Notes under the pieces: generated by a model
Database searches by the model: none
The model's input: the letters and a program-made list of their open reading frames with translations, nothing else
Told to the model about the DNA's origin: nothing
Translations under genes and position numbers: made by a program
Shown here: positions 54,482 through 64,000 of the stretch, piece after piece
Layout of the letters: every line of letters begins with the position of its first letter
Position numbering within the stretch: position 1 is the stretch's first letter
Source of the DNA: Octopus vulgaris
Taxonomy: Eukaryota
DNA length: 64,000 bases
Reading direction: 5' to 3'
Assembly (NCBI GenBank): GCA_951406725.2
Contig: OX597833.1
Location: forward strand, 12,648,001-12,712,000

Positions 54482-56709
54482 AATTACAGCACAACACAAC
54501 ACAGCAACTGTTATAAATTTAACCAAACAGAAAACTTTACAATTAATACCACCTAAACGACAGCAAAACAGACCAAATACCTATTTCTTTACTACCCACA
54601 AGGGACTAAACATATAGGGGACAAACAAGGACAGACAAATGGATTAAGTTGATTACATCGACCCCAGTGCGTAACTGGTACTTATTTAATCGACCCCGAA
54701 AGGATGAAAGGTAAAGTCGACCTTGGGGGAATTTGAACTCAGAACGTAGGGGCAGACGAAATACTGTTGAGCATTTCGCCCGGCGTGCTAACGATTCTGC
54801 CAGAACGACCTAGGGGTGCCATTCGTCCCTTATCTGCAAATTACACAATTGCTGTCTTAAAAAAAAAAAAAAAAAGCGATACGATTATTATTAATAATGT
54901 AATCCTTGATACTGGATGGTCGCAGCTGGAATGCCTTTGATCTGAACCCCGCTCGATCAGGGCTAAATTACAACCTGGTAACAATATGCTATCTGTTGCA
55001 GTTTCTCTTAGATGTTGAGATTATTAAATGTTTTTATGCTTTATTTATTAAATTATTTGTATGTTTTTTCTTGTATGAACGAATTCTGTCCACATTCGTC
55101 TCTTTATTATCAATGTACGTATCACACAGACCATATTACCAATATTACGCAGGTACTTGTACAAGTACCTATTACGCAACAATATGTCCTTGCTTAGTCG
55201 CAACATTATTTCTTAATATAACCCCTTTCTCCACACAAAATATACACATATAAATATATACAACAAACACATCACATTTAAGCACCTACATACACGCAAA
55301 CACACTCATACAAAACATCGTATACACACTAGACAAACTGATTTTTGGTGAAAATATCAATTTCCATTGACCCACCCACCTTTATAAAAAATATAATTAC
55401 ATTTCGTCCGTCCTCAATTCTCAAGGTAACTCCGTCGCCTAATCGTTTGTGTATTTTCATAGCATGTTTATATCTTTATTATATATACATATATCTTTGC
55501 AATGATATGTTTGTGTCTACTATAGTATTTCAAGTAAATATTCTGTGTAAAAATTTACCTATATTTTCTTATTTAACAATTCTATTTTCTTCTGTTGGTG
55601 TTTTTTGTAGATAAGACATCCACTCGACGACTTATGAATTGAATAAATTACCAGAGTTACATCCCTTCAGTCATTAACGTTTTTCATACGCTTACCTCTA
55701 AATAGAAAGTGCGATAGGAAATATCAATTACAAGGCAAGGAAAGTGGTTCCCTCGAGCTTTGCAAGTCCCTTTCACAGGCAATCACCCATCTGAATACTA
55801 GCTTGGCTTCTCTCTCTCTATACATATACATATATATATATATTTTTATTTTATAGAAGGAGCTTCTACAGGACTAGAACTGTTTCATTCAAATGAATGA
55901 AACAGTTCTAGTCCTGTAGAAGCTCCTTCTATAAAATAATTTACTCTGCTATGTATTGAGTATCTTATTTTACTGTGGTTAACCCCAACTCAACCCGGGA
56001 CCTACACACACATATATATATATATATCTTATATATATATATATATATATCTTTACTCTCTCTTTTACTCTTTTACTTGTTTCAGTCATTTGACTGCGGC
56101 CATGCTGAAGCACCGCCTTTAGTCGAGCAACTCGACCCCGGGGCTTATTCTTTTTGTAAGCCCAGTACTTATTCTATCGGTCTCTTTTGCCGAACCGCTA
56201 AGTAATGGGGACATAAACACACCAGCATCGGTTGTCGAGCAATGCTAGGGGGACAAACACACACACGCATATATATATATACATATATACGACAGGCTTC
56301 TTTCAGTTTCCGTCTACCAAATCCACTCACAAGGCATTGGTCGGCCCGGGGCTATAGCAGAAGACACTTGCCCAAGATGCCACGCAGTGGGACTGAACCC
56401 GGAACCATGTGGTTGGTTAGCAAGCTACTTACCACACAGCCACTCCTATATATTAAATTAAAGATAAAACCACTATTAGGCAAATCAAACAGTGAAAAAC
56501 ATAAACCAAAACATAGAAATAAAATTAAATATATATATATTTATACTGTAAAATTGGATTTAATCCTAAATCTAATTTTCCCCTGTAAGTTTGGATTTAC
56601 TCCCTAATTATTATATATAAATATACATATTATATATAAATATATATATTATTATTACATATTATATATATTATTATTATTATATAAATATATATATATA
56701 TATATATAT

Positions 56710-57077
56710 ACTAGCAGTATCGCTCGGGTTTGTTTCGACCCTTTAGAATTGGAATTTTTGAAAAGTAAAAATTTTGCATTATGTAGCTTGTTATTCTCTA
56801 TAAGTGCACATTTTTCTGGTTGAAATACACCGTAAAATGGCGACACAGCAGTCAAAAGATCGTAAAAAATAGGGATTTTCATAGAAAAAAAAGCACCTTT
56901 TTGATGTAAATAATTTTTGGTGTTAACATGGTCCAATTTGAATTTTTTTCTTCTACGGAATGAAGAGCAAGCCTTCTTCTATCATACTCTCAATTTTGGT
57001 CAACTTGCGCCGCAGGGTCTCGGAGGAGATAGTGTTAGTTGAAGGCTACTAAACTTGCTATACACAGACAACTTTAG

Positions 57078-57085
<8 letters not shown>
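56710..57085 (-). mobile_element. Non-autonomous Helitron-like element (same family as 47130-47522)
   Basis: reverse-complement match along its length; CTAG 3' end. Confidence 0.75.
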
Positions 57086-57126
<41 letters not shown>

Positions 57127-57212
57127 ATCCAAACAAGAAAGCACAAAAAAACACAACAACGCGAGGACGTGGAACAAATATAGTATTATTGGACACTCAG
57201 GAAAGAAGGAGG

Positions 57213-57247
57213 GTTTAACGTTTCGAGTGGAGCTCTTCGTCGGAAAC
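57213..57247 (-). ncRNA. Minimal hammerhead variant (U4C core)
   Basis: minus strand GTTT-CCGACGA-AGAG-CTCCA-CTC-GAAAC-GTT-AAAC, palindromic AACGTT helix III, inside a (TA)n-flanked element 57123-57311. Confidence 0.5.
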
Positions 57248-59259
57248 ATAGGAGAAGGGAAGACAGAGGAAAAAAAAAATCGCCAACGGTACACACAAGG
57301 TCACATTTTGAATATATATATATAGTCGTTTAGCTTTGTTAAAATGTAATCATGTATTCACGATTCTTTCCTGCAGTTGATATATGTAATATAACTTATT
57401 ACAAATTAATATCATAGAAATTTTAAAGTAGCAGGTTAACTAATGCCAATATGCACACATCTGAAATAACTTTTCCAACTTTTCTCTAACTAGTTTTTCA
57501 GTGATGTCTTCTACGTAATAAAACACGCAGAAAGGGAAAGAAAAATGCTGCTTAAGTATTAGAAGATTCCATCTTTTTAGACTTGTAAATAAATTTAAAC
57601 GATTAAACCACACAAATAGTACTAATCTTTTATGAATACAGTTAAGTTACAATAGTTGTAAAGCTGAGCTCTTGACACACTTTAAATAGATTTTAGACAC
57701 TAAAATAGAACTCGGATGAGAAAACTTGTTTAATGTGAAGGTAACGAGATAATCTAAATACAGGGACATCTCCTTTCCTAGTTAGAAAGAAAAAGAATAT
57801 ATTATATCTATAAAAGGCAATCTCACTTTAAAATTTTATTTTTCATGTTTTTGTGTGTAATTTGAACTTGTATAATTAAAATTTGTGATTTTTTAAAAAC
57901 TGCTAATATTTTCAGTTTGATAATGAAAAAGATGTTCAAGTAAAAATATTTGTAATAGTGCCGGTGGCACATAAGAGGACCATCCGAATGTAGCCGTTGC
58001 CAGCGCCACCCTGACTGGCCTCCGTGCCAATGGCATGGAAAAAGCACCATCCGATCGTGGCCGTTTGCCAGTCTCGTCTGGTAACTGTGCCGGTGGCACG
58101 TAAAAAGCATCCACTACACTCAAGGAGTGGTTGGCGTTAGGAAGGGCATCCAGCCGTAGAAACATTGCCAGATCAGACTGGGCCTGGTGCAGCCTTCTGG
58201 CTTCCCAGACCCCAGTTGAACCGTCCAACCCATGCTAGCATGGAAAGCGGACGCTAAACGACGATGATTCACATTTCTAGTCATTGCCATCTTGTTTCAC
58301 TTTGTGTCTCAGTTGCCTTCTTGGAAAACATTTCTGAATTAACTAGTGTTTTATCTTTGATCAGGAAGGAGATATGACTTAAGGTAACAATTATATGAAA
58401 GACATCCTTGACTGCATTCCAAAAAGGGCCACCTAACTGATTGTCATAAAATCACTTACAAACTCTATGCTCCAGCCTTTGGTTCACAAACCCGGTCAGC
58501 TTTCTTTGCCTTTTCTGCAGCTACAATAGCCTTCTTTGGAGTAGGCTAGGTGCATGCCATCTCCACTCAAGCGTTCCCAACCCATTTGTAATCCTAGTAC
58601 CCAGCTCCTAGGTCTCACATTAATCACCGTGACCAGTTTTTTGCCTTCCCACAACATTAGCCCTTTAGAACTTTTCACCTGCTCATATCCTTCTCACAAG
58701 TGGAACATATAATATCAATCTTATTGATCTCAGAAGGCCTGCAAAGGCCTTGGGCACTGCTCCTTCTGTTAGGCCTATCAAGTAAAATAAATAGTTTTGA
58801 CCAAGACATTTAGAGATATGCTGTGCTTGAGAAGATCCAGCAAGCCAAGTGAGATTGTAGCTTTAGCCTATGCCAGTGCCACATAATGGGCCCATTTAAG
58901 AGTTCTCTTCAATTGTCAGGCAATATGTTTTGCTTGAGAAGACCTATTGAATCGAGTAAAATCGCTGTTGTGGCCGATGCCAGTACCTATTTCTTTATTA
59001 CCCACAAGGGGCTAAACACAGAGGGGACAAACAAGGACAGACATAGGTATTAAGTCGATTACATAGACCCCAGTGCGTAACTGGTACTTAATTTATCGAC
59101 CCCAAAAAGATGAAAGGCAAAGTCGACCTCGGCGGAATTTGAACTCACAACGTAACGACAGACGAAATACGGCTACGCATTTCGCCCAGCATGCTAACGC
59201 TTCTGCCAGCTCGGATGCCAGTACCACCTGACTGGCACCCATGCTGGTGGCATGTATTG

Positions 59260-59880
59260 CCTGTTTTGGCACAAACTTGGCAGACATACACAAATCTTTA
59301 GTGATAATGGATTGAACTGAACTGTAACTAATCTGTACATCCTCTGATAACTCACGGATGGTGATTTGACGATTTCCCCTCACAGCTGCGATGTTTTTCT
59401 CAGTTCTGCTGGTTGCGGATCTCCCAGAATGTTCATCAATATCGACATTTTTTGGCCATTTTGGAAACATCTGAACCGCTTGTACACTTGTGTCCGGCTC
59501 ATACACTCCTCTCAATACTCTTTCTGCATAGGGCTCTGAGCAGGTATCGCCTGACTGGCACCCATGCTGGTGGCATGGAGAACGAAGAAGACACCTTTAG
59601 ATCTTTGCGTAGGCCTCTGAGCAGGTATCACCAAACTTTTGGCAAAATTTGATGCAGATTCTCTGTTCAGCTTACTCTGTTGTGGTCAGTGCATGATCAC
59701 ACACTACACACCTTCCTTCCAAGCACTGCTGTAAACAGCGAAAGTGAGCTGGAACGTTAAAACTTAGTGAACATACACAGCAGAGGTCAAGGTCAATCTG
59801 TACCAAACAGTTCCACCGTGTGTGCTTTAGCTTCGTTACTATGGCAACAGTCCGGATACTTATTAATCAGATCACGTATG
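59260..59880 (-). mobile_element. Mariner remnant (N-terminal HTH part)
   Basis: DEHSGRSATSRTEKNIAAVRGNRQITIRELSEDVQISYSSVQSIITKDL..AKFVPK. Confidence 0.8.
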
Positions 59881-61069
59881 ACTGTGTTTGTGTACTAGCA
59901 TCACTTAACATCTGGTGTTGGTTGGTTTGTTTATGTCCCTGTAATTTTGCAGTTTGGCAGAAGGTGAATGATAGTAAAAGTACTGAGGTTGATTTGTTTG
60001 ATTAAACTCCTCATGGCAATGATCCAGCATGGCCACAGTTCAATGACTGAAATAAGTAAATGATAAACATATATACAATTATAGACGGTTTCTGTCTACC
60101 GAAGGTACTCACAAGGATTTGGTTGACCCGAGAGTATAGTGGAAGACACTTGCCCTAGGTGCCATGAGTGGGACTGAACCCAGAACCATGTGGTTGGCAA
60201 GCAAGCTATTTGCCACACAGCCATGCTCGCGCCTATAAACACATACATTCATATGAACACACAGTGGGTGGAGGAGATGAAATTTTCCTTGAACCGGAGA
60301 CTTGACCTGAGTGTTTACAAGAGAATGGACACTGCTAAAGGAACCGAGGGGCCATGTAATGGTATTAAATTGAGCTGCAGATTAAGTGTAGCATTCAAGC
60401 AGGCCATTGTAGGATTCGAACTCAGAATACAAAGACCCAAAACAACTACCACAAGGGACCCCACCAGACAAAGAAATGTTTTCAGATCACCACTCTAGAC
60501 TGGTCCTTTATTTATTGACCCCAGAAGTCATCATCATCATCGTTTAACGTCCGATTTCCATGCTAGCAGGGGTTGGACGATTTGACTGAGGGCTGGTGAA
60601 CCAGATGGCTGCACCAGGCTCCAATCTTGATCTGGCAGTGTTTCTATAGCTGGATGCCCTTCCTTATGCCAACCACTCCAAGAGTGTAGTGGATGCTTTT
60701 ACGTGCCACCAGCACGAGGGCCAGTCAGGCAGTACTGGCAACGGCCACACTCAAATGGTGTTTTTTACGTACCATCTGCACAGGAGCCAGTCCAGCGGCA
60801 CTGGCAACGACCTCACTCGAATGTGTTTTCACGTGCCAGTAAGGCGATGCTGGTAATGATCACGCTCAAATAGTGGTTTTTACGTGCCACCGGCACAGAA
60901 GCCAGTTAGCCGCTCTGGCAACAATCACGCTTGGATGGTGCTCGTGATCAATGCCAGAGCAGGTGAAAAGTATGAAAAGTAAAGTTGCCCTTGATAGAAT
61001 TTGAACTCAAAACACGAGATACTGGAAAAATACTACAAAGCATTTTGTGCTACCATTTAATGACTTAAT

Positions 61070-61631
61070 ACATTTCTTTATTGCCCACAAGGGACTAAAA
61101 ATAGAGGGGAGAGACAAAGGGATTAAGTCGATTACATAGACCCCAGTGCATAACTGGTACTTTATATATCGACCCCGAAAGGATGAAAGGCAATGTCGAC
61201 CTCGGCGGAATTTGAACTCAGAACGTAACGGCAGACGAAATACCTATTTCTTTACTATCCACAAGGGGCTAAACATAGAGGGAACAAACAAGGACAAACG
61301 GATTAAGTCAATTACATCGACCCCAGTGCGTAACTGGTACTTAATTTATCGACCCCGAAAGGATGAAAGGCAAAGTCGACCTCGGCGGAATTTGAACTCA
61401 GAATGTAACTGCAGACGAAATACCTATTTCTTTACTACCCACAAGGGGCTAAACACAGAGAGGACAAACAAGGACAGACAAACGGATTAAGTCGATTACA
61501 TCGACCTCAGTGCGTAACTGGTACTTAATTTATCGACCCCGAAAGGATGAAAGGCAAAGTCGACCTCGGCGAAATTTGAACTCAGAACGTAACAGCAGAC
61601 GAAATACCGCTAAGCAGCCAGCCCGCCGCCT
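61070..61631 (-). mobile_element. SINE family B (Nin/Deu-like core) as three tandem bodies with one head; single copies at 11349-11503, 15270-15500, 42143-42378, 54577-54803, 58986-59211, 63170-63390, 63690-63925
   Basis: GAGTTCAAATTCC B box and GCCTTTCATCCTTTCGGGGTCGATAAATTAAGTACC core repeated at about 180-bp spacing. Confidence 0.85.
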
Positions 61632-62069
61632 TATTTAATGACATAATAACTATCTTTTTACCACTTATGATAGCTAAACAATAACAACAACATGAATGCA
61701 ATTCAGTTTGAAATTTGTAGCTGTTTTATTGTTTTAATAAAACTCTTTCATAAGAGAAAACAAAAACGTTCCTTTTAAGGTCTTGCCCTTAGTTTTTTTT
61801 TTTTGTTTTATATGTATATTTTTTTGCAGATGGGCAAAAAAGTTGTAGAAATACAAACAAGAATGATAGTTCTAACATGGGTGAAAAAAAAAGTGTGTGT
61901 GTGTATGTCTGGGGGGTGGGGAGATGGGAGAAAAGGAGTGGAGTTGATTTTACATTCAATGTTAGGTCTTTAAAAAAATAAAAATTATGACAATCTTTGG
62001 AAAATAAATAACTTTAAATTAAAATAAGATATATATGTATGAATGATTATATATATATATATATATATG

Positions 62070-62153
62070 TAATATGAGGGAATATTATTCCAAACTTACA
62101 GGGAAAAATTCAATTTAGAAATACTAAATCAAATTTCACAAAATTTTTTTATA

Positions 62154-62188
<35 letters not shown>

Positions 62189-62269
62189 GAGGGAATATTA
62201 TTCCAAACTTACAGGGAAAAATTCAATTTAGAAATACTAAATCAAATTTCACAAAATTTTTTTCTAATT

Positions 62270-62273
<4 letters not shown>
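62070..62273. repeat. Direct duplication of a 90-bp unit separated by (TA)n
   Basis: TAATATGAGGGAATATTATTCCAAACTTACAGGGAAAAATTC... occurs at 62070 and 62183; related reverse copy at about 56543-56611. Confidence 0.85.
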
Positions 62274-62332
<59 letters not shown>

Positions 62333-64000
62333 GGACAGATAAGAGAACTAAATAACAGGGAGGAAGAAGAGAGAAACAGGGTAAAAGACAAAGAGAGGTA
62401 AAAGGAAAGAATACTATATTAATTAGAGAAAAATTAGAGAGAGAAAGAGTGAGTGCTTGAAATCTCGAGGTTAATAAGCAGAGGTTATTCTAAGTCTTGG
62501 TTTTTAGTGTCTTGGTTGCTTTAGAGGATTCCCTCCTCTCATTCACAATGTCATTTTAAAACCTTACTCATGAAGGTCTAGAGTGATTTAACAAAGGTTA
62601 TTGCTTTAATTAAAATTAAATTTCACACAATAATCTAATGATATGCTTGTTTTAATTTCACGGGGTTCTTGCTGTTTTGCATGAGCAAGTCCAATAACCC
62701 AGTCTTTAGGAATGTGACAGTGTTAATGATACAGTAATTACTTCTAAAACACAAAGTCAGAAGTTTGGGAGGGAGTTAGCCGATTAAATTTGACTGATGC
62801 TATATATAATGAAAAGAGAAAGTTGATTTTATGGGGATTGGAAGTCAGAGCGTGAAAACCCAGAACGAATACCACATGACATCTTGTCTGATGTTTTAAC
62901 GGCTCTTCCAATTGGCTGCCCTAAAATTTTGTGGGTAGGAGTTTCATTGCCAAGATTGACTCTAGTACTAGACTGGTACTCTATTTTATCAGTGCCAGAA
63001 GGATAAAGGGCAAAGCTGACCAGTGTGTTTTGAATTTGGAATGTAAAGAGCTGAAGCAAATTTCACAAGGGACTTTGTTTGACACTCTACTGCCTTTGCC
63101 ATTGCATCACCTTTAAATAATTTGTAATGTAACCTTAAGGAATGCAATTTTGAGAAGAGGGACAGTCAATACCTATTTCTTTACTACCCACAAGGGGCAA
63201 AACACAGAGGAGACAGACGGATAAAGTCGATTATATTGACCCCAGTGCGTAACTGGTACTTAATTTATTGACCCCGAAAGGATGAAAGGCAAAGTCGACC
63301 TTGGCGGAATTTGAACTCAGAACTTAACAGCAGACGAAAAACGGCTACGCATTTCGCCCGGCGTGCTAATGTTTCTACCAGCTTGCTGCCTACTGACTCC
63401 AGTACTTGATTGGTACTTTATTTTATCAAACCTGGAGGGATTAAAGGCAAAATTGACCCTGGTTGGATTCAAAATCAAAACATAAAGAACAGGATCAAAT
63501 ATTACAAGACAATTTTCCAGTGCCCTAATGATTGTCCAATGCTCTAACCCTTGTCATAAAAATAATAAAAATTTCAGATTTTGGTACAAGGCCAATAATT
63601 TTGAATGGTATAGGACTTGATTGGTACTTTATTTTTATCATCCCCTTGAGGATAAAAGGCAAAGTTGACCTTGGTGGCAGAAGGAATACCTATTTCTATT
63701 TCTTTATTACCCACAAGGGGCTAAACACAGAGGGGACAAACAAGGACAGACATAGGTATTAAGTCGATTACATCGACCCCAGTGCGTAACTGGTACTTAA
63801 TTTATCGACCCCGAAAGGATGAAAGGCAAAGTCGACCTCAGCGGAATTTGAACTCACAACGTTGCGCCAGACGAAATACCGCTAAGCATTTCGCCCGGCA
63901 CGCTAACGTTTCTGCCAGCTCGCCGCAGAAGGAATACCACTTAGTGTTTTGTCTGGCATGAGTATAATTCTACAAGCTCACCACCTTTTCTAACTCTTTA

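Noticed and set aside
54859-54876. Poly(A) run downstream of ISCA2 as a retrocopy tail
   Set aside because: No upstream AATAAA and no flanking TSD; embedded in other repeat-like sequence.

Overview
AT-rich, microsatellite- and SINE-dense eukaryotic DNA. The SINE families and (TA)n load suggest a coleoid cephalopod, most likely Octopus (inferred, not searched). Genes: (1) the 3' part of a spliced NSF (vesicle-fusing AAA+ ATPase) gene on +, with 11 coding exons from 1333 to the stop at 24444, all GT-AG and phase-consistent; (2) an intronless SLIRP-like single-RRM ORF (47654-47947); (3) an intronless ISCA2 ORF (54011-54481). The rest is mobile DNA: a near full-length frameshifted CR1/L2-type LINE (about 42820-46990, minus), several SINE families, Tc1/mariner remnants, hAT, piggyBac and Merlin-like MITEs with visible TSDs, and non-autonomous Helitrons. 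The most interesting signal is invisible to the ORF track. Many short, mutually dissimilar elements sit inside (TA)n tracts and form 5'-inverted foldbacks, and many carry hammerhead ribozyme cores (CUGANGA / helix II / GAAA / often palindromic helix III / NUH), the signature of Penelope-like retroelement termini. Three well-formed hammerheads from three different families lie on the sense strand of the last NSF intron (22183-23687). All folding was done by eye and repeat boundaries are approximate.
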